Source: Clostridiales bacterium
Lineage (GTDB): Bacteria > Bacillota > Clostridia > Oscillospirales > CAG-382
Assembly (NCBI GenBank): GCA_003343885.1
Contig: QAKH01000036.1
Location: 2,167 to 66,166 of the forward strand
Direction of reading: 5' to 3'
DNA length: 64,000 nt
Part shown: positions 27,467 to 36,022 of the stretch, piece after piece
Layout of the letters: each line of letters starts with the position of its first letter
Position numbering within the stretch: position 1 is the first letter of the stretch
Made by a program: the position numbers and the translations under genes
Notes under the pieces: generated by a model
Seen by the model: only the letters and a program-made list of their open reading frames with translations
What the model was told of the DNA's origin: nothing
The model's database searches: none

Positions 27467-28949
27467 TTTTCTTTTCCTTCTTTCTTTCTTCCAGCCTGCC
27501 TATGAGGTAGTCAAGCCCTGATAGTTGTAATATCATCATCGCCGGCAGCATTGTCAGAATGTAGCGCGAACGATTTTCCCAGATTATCAAAAACAGTGCA
27601 ATGCCTAAAACCGCAAGCACTAATGCGGCTTCTATGCCTTTCCTGTCTGTTTTGGTTTTGCACTTTATAAGCGAATATGCGCTTATTGTCATAAGTATCA
27701 GCATACCAAAGTGCATGGTTTGCGGAAAGTATTTATAATACGGCGTATATTTGCCGTCGTAGAGTACAAATTCGTGGAAAAATCCTTTGTCAACCGGCTC
27801 ACGTCTTAACTTTTCAGGCGCATAGTATACTCCGTCCGTCCAGGCAAATTTCAATTTCTGCGTTATATGCTTAATAAAAGTATTTGTGTTGTACCAAGAA
27901 AGTCTTTCGGCTATCATTTCCCTGTCAGCCTGCTGTTTCAGTTCATAACTTTCGTAAGAATTTGTGTAAACGCAGTCATCAAGGCTGAATCCTCCGACTC
28001 CGTTAAGCCCCATCATAATCCAGTGCTCGGGCGGATATTGGTATCTGTCAGACAGTTCTGAGTCATATACGGCGTTCTTAGCAACAGTAAATGCGGTAAA
28101 CATTACAGCAAATGAAATAAAGGCTATAAACACCTTTTTAACTTCAGCCGGAGAAAATCCCCGGTACAGGGCGTAAATAACAAGCGCAATTATAAGGATA
28201 AATGTGGTTAATTTGGTTTCAAAACCTACAAACACCGTAATTCCCAAAAGTATCTGAATAACAACCGACTTTATTTTTGTATCCGCCTTAACAGCGCAGA
28301 CAACAAGATAAAATGTAAGAGATGTAAAGAACATGGAGGCACTGTCGGTATAATATATCGCGGACTGCAAATAGAGCGGTGTGGTAAAAAGAGTTATCAA
28401 CAGCACGAGCATACCGTGCTGCTTGTCATAAAGACTGCGTACCGCAAGATAAATAAAAACTGCCGTTCCCGTTACAAAAAGAGAGTTAAAGCAGGTTGCT
28501 ACCGTCACGAGATCTGACGCGCCGAAAAGCATTGCAATTTTAAATACTACCGTGTATATAATTGCCATCATGGCGTTATTCGGATAGTAATAGAGATAAT
28601 AAGTTTCTATCGCATCTCCGTTTGCCGCGGCTTTCGCTATATTGAAAACCTCTCCCATGTCCCAAGAGGGATTTACTCTGAAAATAAGACCGGTAACAAG
28701 GCTGATAATGCCGAAAACAGTAAGCAAAACAGCCGGAAGGTATTTTATGCGTGAAAGATAAACGGCGGCTTTCCTGCGTACAAAAACAAGAAGTGCCAAA
28801 TATACGATGATATATATAGATAAAAGCACCGGATTGAAGTCATACGAAACGGCGTCATAGTTAAGCAGTCCGTTTGAGATTATCCAGATAAACAGCAGCA
28901 CAAAGCCGTACAAAATAATGTCGGCAATTTTATTTTTGATTTTTTGCAA
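27411..28949 (-). CDS. Large polytopic membrane glycosyltransferase (GT-C fold, ArnT/PMT/YfhO-like)
   Basis: 512 aa with more than 10 TM helices. It starts at a TTG after GGAGGAG. Its 3' end overlaps the GT2 gene by 56 nt. The fold class is inferred from topology and gene context. Confidence 0.55.
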   Translation of the reverse strand: MQKIKNKIADIILYGFVLLFIWIISNGLLNYDAVSYDFNPVLLSIYIIVYLALLVFVRRKAAVYLSRIKYLPAVLLTVFGIISLVTGLIFRVNPSWDMGEVFNIAKAAANGDAIETYYLYYYPNNAMMAIIYTVVFKIAMLFGASDLVTVATCFNSLFVTGTAVFIYLAVRSLYDKQHGMLVLLITLFTTPLYLQSAIYYTDSASMFFTSLTFYLVVCAVKADTKIKSVVIQILLGITVFVGFETKLTTFILIIALVIYALYRGFSPAEVKKVFIAFISFAVMFTAFTVAKNAVYDSELSDRYQYPPEHWIMMGLNGVGGFSLDDCVYTNSYESYELKQQADREMIAERLSWYNTNTFIKHITQKLKFAWTDGVYYAPEKLRREPVDKGFFHEFVLYDGKYTPYYKYFPQTMHFGMLILMTISAYSLIKCKTKTDRKGIEAALVLAVLGIALFLIIWENRSRYILTMLPAMMILQLSGLDYLIGRLEERKKEKKNAQSVIGNTDVLRGRSSE

Positions 28950-29013
28950 ATTGTATCTCCTCCGAAGTCTTTATTAACGTGTTTTTGCCGGAAAAAAGTA
29001 TAAAATCGGATTA

Positions 29014-30894
29014 TCACACGATTATTTGCTGATAAAAATCAAATATATCCTTTTCCAGTGATTTTTCATCAAGTCCTGCCCAAGCTTTTACGTATTCAAG
29101 AGAGCCGTGCGGAGGATATACGCCTTCCGGCATAGCCTTGATACGGAATTTGGCGCCGGTTTTGCCTCTGCAAGTGAGTTCCGAAACGATTTTCCCGGCT
29201 ATTCCGCCGCTTTCAACTCCCTCTTCGGCAATGTATATGCCGCCGGCGCCGGCTGAAAGATTTTCAATTGCTTCAAGCGCCATATCGAGCGGAAATACTT
29301 TTATAAGCTTTATTATCTTTGTTTTTACCCCTCGTTCGGCAAGTCTTTTCGCCGCAAAATACACGTCGCAGGTAATTCTGCCGTAGGTTATGAGCACTAT
29401 ATCCGTTTTTTGAGCGCAAAATGTGTTGCACACGGCATAATCGCCGAAATTTTCAAAGCTTTCTCTGTCATATTCGCACATTCCGCCTTTGGGGTATCTG
29501 ACAACCGCTACGCCCTGCGCGTTTATTGCTTTATGAAGCGTACTCTCAAGCTCGTCAAAGCTGTCCGGAGAATAAATAAGCGCCGACGGAATACTTGACA
29601 AAAAGGCACAGTCGAAAATTCCCTGATGAGTTTCACCATCGCCGGGGACTATTCCCGCCCTGTCAAGCGCAAGAACGATATGCAGCTTTTGTATTGAAAC
29701 GTCATGGATAATCTGATCGTAGGTACGCTGCGCAAAAGTCGAATAGACTGCGCAAACAGGAAGGTATCCGGAAAGCGCGAGTCCGCCGGCGAAAGCTATT
29801 TCATGCTCCTCAGCTATTCCGACGTCAAAGAAACGCTTTGGGAATCTTTCAGCAAAGCCGGCAAGTCCGGTGCCGTCACGCATGGCTGAAGTGATTGCGC
29901 ATATCTTATCGTTTTTCTCGGCGGCGTCACACAGTATTTTTCCGAACTGTGATGAAAAATCGTTGCCGCCGGTATGATTTACTCCGGAATCAGGATCAAA
30001 CGCGCTTACCGAATGATAGCTTTCAGGTGATTCCTCGGCATACTTATATCCGTATCCTTTTTTTGTTTTTATGTGTACAAGCGTGCAGGTTCCGTCTTTT
30101 TTCGCCTCGTCAAGAACTACCTGCAGCCGTTCCAAGTCGTTTCCGTCAACCGGACCGAGATATCTTACACCGAGCGCTTCAAAAAACGGCTGTTTGTAAA
30201 AAACCCGTTTTAGGGCGTTTTTAATATGTCTTGCAAAAACTATGATTTTTTCACCGACAAAAGGCAGTTTTCTCAAAACCCTTTGTAAATTCCTCTTGAA
30301 TTTATAGTAAAATCCGCTTGTTCTTATCTTTGACAGGTACGCCGCAAGACTTCCGACGTTCTGTGAAATACTCATTTCGTTATCGTTCAAAATAATAATA
30401 AGGCGTATATTTTTATTGTTGCAGTTATTGAGCGCCTCGTATATCATGCCGTTTGTAAAGGAACCGTCCCCCACCACGCAAACTGTATAAGCGTCAGAAC
30501 CGGAAAGCTTTGCGGCAGTGGCAACGCCTAAGGCGGCGGAAACAGACGAGCCGCTGTGCCCGGCGGTAAGGGTGTCATACTCGCTTTCGAAGCGGTTGCA
30601 GAAGCCTGAAATTCCTTCCTCCTTACGAAGGGTGTCAAAGCGGCCATATCTGCCGGTTATAAGCTTATGAGCATAACACTGATGCCCCACGTCAAAAAGA
30701 AGCTTGTCGTGGGGTATATCAAACATTTTATGAATTATCAATGTCGCTTCAACCAAGCCAAGGTTTGAGCCGAGATGTCCGCCGTTTGCGGAAACGGTTT
30801 CAATTATTTTATCACGTATTTCCGAAGCGAGCACTTCCAACTGCTCATTAGAAAGATTTTTTATCTCTCCGGGTGATTTTATATTTTCTAACAT
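29014..30894 (-). CDS. dxs: 1-deoxy-D-xylulose-5-phosphate synthase
   Basis: 626 aa. GGHLGSNLG, the TPP motif VVGDGSFTNGMIYEALNN, and transketolase-like central and C-terminal domains. Confidence 0.95.
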   Translation of the reverse strand: MLENIKSPGEIKNLSNEQLEVLASEIRDKIIETVSANGGHLGSNLGLVEATLIIHKMFDIPHDKLLFDVGHQCYAHKLITGRYGRFDTLRKEEGISGFCNRFESEYDTLTAGHSGSSVSAALGVATAAKLSGSDAYTVCVVGDGSFTNGMIYEALNNCNNKNIRLIIILNDNEMSISQNVGSLAAYLSKIRTSGFYYKFKRNLQRVLRKLPFVGEKIIVFARHIKNALKRVFYKQPFFEALGVRYLGPVDGNDLERLQVVLDEAKKDGTCTLVHIKTKKGYGYKYAEESPESYHSVSAFDPDSGVNHTGGNDFSSQFGKILCDAAEKNDKICAITSAMRDGTGLAGFAERFPKRFFDVGIAEEHEIAFAGGLALSGYLPVCAVYSTFAQRTYDQIIHDVSIQKLHIVLALDRAGIVPGDGETHQGIFDCAFLSSIPSALIYSPDSFDELESTLHKAINAQGVAVVRYPKGGMCEYDRESFENFGDYAVCNTFCAQKTDIVLITYGRITCDVYFAAKRLAERGVKTKIIKLIKVFPLDMALEAIENLSAGAGGIYIAEEGVESGGIAGKIVSELTCRGKTGAKFRIKAMPEGVYPPHGSLEYVKAWAGLDEKSLEKDIFDFYQQIIV

Positions 30895-30924
30895 TACTCA
30901 CTCTACCGTTCGTTTGTTTGTTGT

Positions 30925-31521
30925 TTATTTTGTTTTGGAAACAGTCTTGCCGTGCCTGTTAACAAGTATTAATCTGTTTCCCTTCACTAAATAACTTTTT
31001 TCAGCACGTTTAATCATAGGTAAGTCGTTTGCCGAATCAGTGTAAAAATTGTCTATATGCGCACTGCCGAAAACGCTGTCAAAAATTTCGGGTTTGTTTT
31101 CCCTAAAGCAAAGCCTTGTTATCTTTCCATTTTTTAGGTCCGCTTTGGAACATAACAAATTGGAGACGCCAAGTCTGCGGCAGCACGGCTTGAGAAGAAA
31201 ATCAAACGACGCGCTGATTATTACGTCGTCCTTTCTTTTATTGTCCAAATAAAGCGGCTTTATTTTGTTCATTGATTTGTCCCAGAAGCTTTCTGCAAGC
31301 TTCTCATAATCAGGACATATATCCAGTATTCCGAACAAGTTTTTTTCGGCAAGCTTAAGCAATTCTTGTTTACTTATGAGACATACCTTGTATTTTGCAA
31401 GATTAAAAAAAACGACAAAAATATATTTGATAAGCTTAGGTCTTTTTTTCAGGCAAAACATTAAAAAATCGACCGAAGACTCTCCGTCATATATGGTATT
31501 GTCAAAATCATATACATTCAT
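30925..31521 (-). CDS. HAD-superfamily hydrolase (subfamily IB-like)
   Basis: Motif I is YDFDNTIY. Motif IV-like is YTDSANDLPM. The ATG at 31521 follows GGAGAAG. Confidence 0.7.
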   Translation of the reverse strand: MNVYDFDNTIYDGESSVDFLMFCLKKRPKLIKYIFVVFFNLAKYKVCLISKQELLKLAEKNLFGILDICPDYEKLAESFWDKSMNKIKPLYLDNKRKDDVIISASFDFLLKPCCRRLGVSNLLCSKADLKNGKITRLCFRENKPEIFDSVFGSAHIDNFYTDSANDLPMIKRAEKSYLVKGNRLILVNRHGKTVSKTK

Positions 31522-31758
31522 AGTCTTCTCCATTCTCTCGCATGTATTATACGACAAGGCAAAAAAAAAGTCAATATAAGCGAAAAAAACAATAACACAG
31601 CATACGCAGGCAATACGCTTACGTTGCTGTGTTATATATGCTCTTTATAAGCTCTTTTTTTAATCTTTTGCAAAAGTCCGGCATGCTTTTACGCAATTTT
31701 CCACTTTTGCAATTGTAGTATCAAATCGGCACAGATAAGCTTATGACTTCCTTATCAG

Positions 31759-32724
31759 TTAAAAGGTAAGCACAACCTTTCCGATATTTTTATTTTTATA
31801 AAGTATTTCGTGTGCTTCAGCGGCTTCATGTATAGGAAAAGAAGCGTATATATCCGGCTTTATTTTTCCGCTTTCAAAATACGGGTACAAATCTCTTTGA
31901 AGCTCCTTAAGCAAAGCTGCCTTAAACTGCGGAGTTCTGCTTCTCAAGGTACTGCCTTTTAAGCAAAATCCGCCTGATAAAAGCGCCGCAAGGTCTATTT
32001 GCGAAACAGTTCCTCCAAGAGTTGCTATCATAATCCATCTGCCGTATCTTGCCATGCGTGTAAAATAATTTCCTAACTGGCTTCCGCCGACACAGTCGAG
32101 AACGACGTTTACATTGTTTGATGAAAACACTTCATCAAGGCTTGTTTTTTCGGTGTTTATGATTATGTCGGCGCCGTATTTGCTTATCGTCTTTGCCTTG
32201 GCGTCGCTTCTGACGGTTGAAATTACCTTTGCGCCGAACGCCTTTGCTATCTGCGTTGCGGCGATCCCCACTCCGCTTCCTCCGGCAAAAACAACCAGCG
32301 TTTCTCCGCTTTTGAGTCCCGCCTCATGAAAAAGATTCAAATACGCCGTGCTGTACACCTCGGGTATGCAGGCGCCGTGCTCAAAATCAAAGCCTTCAGG
32401 TAATGGAAGAGCCATGTCGTATCGTGTGCTGACGTATTCGGCATATCCTCCTCCGCCCAAAAGTGCGCACACGCTGTCGCCTATCTTAAGCGAACTTTGC
32501 ATTTTTGCGGTTTCTCCCATTTTTTCAACCGTTCCCGCGACCTCAAGTCCCATCCACTCGGGACATCCTGCCGGAGACGGATATTTCCCCTCTCTTTGGA
32601 GAAGATCCGCACGGTTTACTCCTGCCGCCTTTACTTTTATGAGAATATCGTCAGCTTTTACTTCCGGATCCGGAACGAACTCATAACTTAAAGCCTTGTC
32701 GCTTTTTATAAGTACGGCTTTCAT
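31759..32724 (-). CDS. NAD(P)H:quinone oxidoreductase (MDR superfamily, PIG3/QOR type)
   Basis: VKAAGVNRADLLQREGKYP and the Rossmann motif VFAGGSGVGIAATQIAK. 321 aa. Confidence 0.8.
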   Translation of the reverse strand: MKAVLIKSDKALSYEFVPDPEVKADDILIKVKAAGVNRADLLQREGKYPSPAGCPEWMGLEVAGTVEKMGETAKMQSSLKIGDSVCALLGGGGYAEYVSTRYDMALPLPEGFDFEHGACIPEVYSTAYLNLFHEAGLKSGETLVVFAGGSGVGIAATQIAKAFGAKVISTVRSDAKAKTISKYGADIIINTEKTSLDEVFSSNNVNVVLDCVGGSQLGNYFTRMARYGRWIMIATLGGTVSQIDLAALLSGGFCLKGSTLRSRTPQFKAALLKELQRDLYPYFESGKIKPDIYASFPIHEAAEAHEILYKNKNIGKVVLTF

Positions 32725-33764
32725 AATTTTATATCTCCTTTATAGTCGCTTTCTATTCCGCACGCTGCAAGTATCAGCCTGTGAAGCCGCGCCTCATACT
32801 CAAGGCTGTACGGGTTTTCCGCCTCTTTTCTTACAAACCGTGCAAAATCAGCCATCATACTGTCGTATCTGTCAAACGGCTCAAAGTGTTTCACCGTTCC
32901 GCTGTCTTTCCAGCCTTCAACTCCATCGCATATTCTCATATCCGTTTCAAGCGTATCTCCCGGATTTGAGTTCAGGTACCGTTCAAGCGGCAGGATATGC
33001 AATGTTTTCTTTGAGCCGCATATAACAAGCTGTCTTCGTGTAAAGCCGCCCGGCTCACAGGCGCTCGTTTTTGCAAAGGACACTCCGTTCTTATACTTAA
33101 ACGCCGCAAAGCCTATATCCTCCGCTTTCACGCCGTCAAAGCCGCTTGCCGAGTTAAGGGCAAGTACCTGTTCCGGTATACCCTGGAAAAGCAATATCAA
33201 ATCTACAAGGTGACATCCGAGAAAATACATCATTCCGCCGTCAAAGTGAGCAAGCCACTCTCTTTTTTCCGGGAGATGCAGGCAGTCCATGTGCGCTTCC
33301 ACACTGTATATTTCCCCGAGCTCTCCGCTTTCGGCAAGCTTTTTTGCTTCAAGGTATGCAGGGTTGTATCTGTACATATAACCGGTCTGAAAAACAGTGC
33401 CGTTTCTTTTTATGAGCGACAACAGCTTTTCATACTCGCTCTGCGAGACTCCGCCCGGTTTATCCATGTGAATGTGCAAGCCCTTTTCTGCGGCAAGCAG
33501 CGAATATTTTGTAAGATTCCAGTCGTCGCTCTCGATGCTTACTGCGTCAAGCCCCGGATAGTCAAGCAGCTGCTCAAGAGTCATCTTCGGCGCTTCGGCA
33601 AATTCTTTATACTGCTCCTCCTTTCGCCCTCTCTCGGTTTCCGGCACATAAAGTCCGACAACGTCGAATATATCTTTTTGCTTTAACAAACTGCGAAATG
33701 TCGGCAACGCGTGGTCGTGTCCTATGCCAATCTGGACAATTTTTACCTTTTTCGCTGTACTCAT
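32721..33764 (-). CDS. Gfo/Idh/MocA family oxidoreductase
   Basis: VKIVQIGIGHDHA Rossmann start. Its stop overlaps the next gene's start (ATGA). Confidence 0.75.
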   Translation of the reverse strand: MSTAKKVKIVQIGIGHDHALPTFRSLLKQKDIFDVVGLYVPETERGRKEEQYKEFAEAPKMTLEQLLDYPGLDAVSIESDDWNLTKYSLLAAEKGLHIHMDKPGGVSQSEYEKLLSLIKRNGTVFQTGYMYRYNPAYLEAKKLAESGELGEIYSVEAHMDCLHLPEKREWLAHFDGGMMYFLGCHLVDLILLFQGIPEQVLALNSASGFDGVKAEDIGFAAFKYKNGVSFAKTSACEPGGFTRRQLVICGSKKTLHILPLERYLNSNPGDTLETDMRICDGVEGWKDSGTVKHFEPFDRYDSMMADFARFVRKEAENPYSLEYEARLHRLILAACGIESDYKGDIKL

Positions 33765-33800
33765 GATATTGTATTACCTCCTGTTTTAAGCTTTCGCAGC

Positions 33801-34820
33801 TTATATCAATGACCAATCAAACTGAACAACTGTCGGGAACGCGGCGTCGTTAACAAGCCTGTTGTATACTTCCCCACATTCTGCCGGAGAATGGGTTTCG
33901 CAAATAAGTTTTTCAAGATCCAATCTTTCTTGACCGCATAATTTCATTACCGTTTTTATATCATCACGCTGTGTGAAAAATCCGGGGTACGACTCGTATT
34001 CCGGTCTTGCCTGTGTGTGCGCTCCGACTATCGTTATTCCCGGTCCGTGAATTTTGTGGTAGTAGTCGATGGTAAAATCCGAGCTTCTTGTACAGCCGAG
34101 AAGTGAAATTCTTCCAAAGCGTGCCATGCAGTCAAGAGCTTCATCAAATCCCGCTCCAATGCCTGTCACTTCAACGGCAGTGTTTGCTCCGCCGCCGGTT
34201 ATTTCCTTAACCTTGTCAACAAATCCCGTTTCAAAAGGATCTAACGCGTAATCAGCTCCGTTTTTTAATGCAAGAGCTCTTCTTTCGGCAACCGGATCAA
34301 CAGCGATAACCGGAACCGCTCCCGCCTTTACGGCAAACAATACCGAAAGCTGACCGAGAAGCCCCAGTCCCATAACAAGCATGCTTTCGCCGATTTCAAG
34401 CCTTGTTTTTCTGACACCTGCAAGCGGAAAAGTACAAATATGAAACATCGCCGCTTCTTGAAAACTTATATTATCATACGTAATTTTGACAACATTTTTC
34501 TCATGTACCGTGTTGAACTGCTTGTGGTGCCCCCAGGATACTACAACTCTGTCTCCCGGCTTTACGCTTTTAACGTTTTTGCCGGTTTCAAGCACAACGC
34601 CGGAGCTGCTGTATCCGGACATACGTGGGAATACCGGTTCGCTGCCTTGCGGGATATCACTTATGCTGACATTTAAATTACCGGTAATATTTGCTTTTTC
34701 CGTGCCGCTGCTTATAGTGCTGAACGCTGTTTTTACCAAGACCTCGTTTTCTGCCGGAGCTTTCCTCTCCACTTCCAAAAGTTCGGCCTTATTAACGCCA
34801 GTAAATACTATTTGCTTCAA
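33801..34820 (-). CDS. Medium-chain (zinc-type) alcohol/polyol dehydrogenase family protein
   Basis: GroES-like N-terminal domain and the Rossmann motif VMGLGLLGQLSVLFAVKAG. 339 aa. Confidence 0.75.
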   Translation of the reverse strand: MKQIVFTGVNKAELLEVERKAPAENEVLVKTAFSTISSGTEKANITGNLNVSISDIPQGSEPVFPRMSGYSSSGVVLETGKNVKSVKPGDRVVVSWGHHKQFNTVHEKNVVKITYDNISFQEAAMFHICTFPLAGVRKTRLEIGESMLVMGLGLLGQLSVLFAVKAGAVPVIAVDPVAERRALALKNGADYALDPFETGFVDKVKEITGGGANTAVEVTGIGAGFDEALDCMARFGRISLLGCTRSSDFTIDYYHKIHGPGITIVGAHTQARPEYESYPGFFTQRDDIKTVMKLCGQERLDLEKLICETHSPAECGEVYNRLVNDAAFPTVVQFDWSLI

Positions 34821-34973
34821 TGTTACTCCCCCTTACTTTGCCTATATTATTTTGTTTTACAATCATACGCATTTACTTGTATTTTATTTGTTTTTATACT
34901 AACACATTGACAAAAGCAAAACAAGACAGTATAATTCAAAAAAAGGACATTTTTGTGCAAAAGAGGTGTTTTA

Positions 34974-35822
34974 ATGGAGCAGATAAAGCCGGTACCCGGG
35001 ACATTTTTCTCTCTTACGCACTACGCGGTTCATAAATTTCATATTCCGGGACAAAGTCTTTGCGACAAGCGCAGCGGCAGGGCAACCGCATCTATATACT
35101 ATCTTGTAAACGGTGCGGCTGAGTTTTCTACGCCTAAAGGAGAACTTCACTTTAATCCGGGAGAGGTACTGTACATTCCGAGGCGCCAGCGCTATACAGC
35201 AAAATGGACCGGAACGCCTGACATAGTTTTTTACGGCATAGACTTCGGGTTTGAGTTAAAAAGCGAATTCGGCGCTATCGGAAGTTATGCGGGAATTCAC
35301 GACAGCTATGTTCTTCAAAAACCTGATATTTCCGGATTGTGCGGTATTCCCGAAACATTTGACAAGCTGTATTTGAGATATTGCAACCCGGAATCAACCG
35401 GTCTTGAGGCGGTTATGGATTTTTACTCTTTTTTCGGAGAGCTGCTGCCTCATCTTGACAAAACATATATTCGGTTTGCCGACAATCCTTGCGAAAAAGC
35501 CGCCTCATACATAGAAGAGAACTGCACTGAAGATTTTTACGCGGAAGAACTTGCTGAAATGTGCGGACTAAGCCTTTCAAACTTCTATTCGCTGTTCAAA
35601 AAATACACCGGTCTTACGCCGGTTGAATACAAGAACACCTACCGTGTACGCATGGCTCAACAGCTTTTGCTTCAAAACAAAAGCATTGATGAAATAACCG
35701 AACGGCTGAACTTCAGCTCGCCTGCATATTTCAGAAAGGTTTTCAAAAGCGTTACGGGTATGCTTCCCGGTACTTACAAAAAGAACGCCTCAGGATACGG
35801 CGGCGCAAGTGTTCTTATTTGA
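34974..35822 (+). CDS. AraC family transcriptional regulator (cupin sensor plus double HTH)
   Basis: The C-terminal FYAEELAEMCGLSLSNFYSLFKKYTGLTPVEYKNTYRVRMAQQLL is a canonical AraC HTH. The ATG at 34974 follows AGAGGTG. It is divergent from the oxidoreductase trio. Confidence 0.85.
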   Translation: MEQIKPVPGTFFSLTHYAVHKFHIPGQSLCDKRSGRATASIYYLVNGAAEFSTPKGELHFNPGEVLYIPRRQRYTAKWTGTPDIVFYGIDFGFELKSEFGAIGSYAGIHDSYVLQKPDISGLCGIPETFDKLYLRYCNPESTGLEAVMDFYSFFGELLPHLDKTYIRFADNPCEKAASYIEENCTEDFYAEELAEMCGLSLSNFYSLFKKYTGLTPVEYKNTYRVRMAQQLLLQNKSIDEITERLNFSSPAYFRKVFKSVTGMLPGTYKKNASGYGGASVLI

Positions 35823-35872
35823 AATATTCCGGAAAAATCAAACCTTTTAGACTTTTTGTTTCTAAGCATTAT

Positions 35873-35916
35873 AAAAAACGGCTGAAGCATATCAATGGGA
35901 GCTTCAGCCGTTTTTT
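35873..35916. terminator. Bidirectional rho-independent terminator between convergent genes
   Basis: AAAAAACGGCTGAAGC-loop-GCTTCAGCCGTTTTTT. Confidence 0.85.
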
Positions 35917-36022
35917 CTTTCATTATACTCTTTATTCTTTTGTTCTTTATTCTTTTCGTTCTCTTATCCGTTTGCGGAGATTTGACTCGCAATGGTGTTT
36001 TTAAATTTCATGTCAGGTTAAA

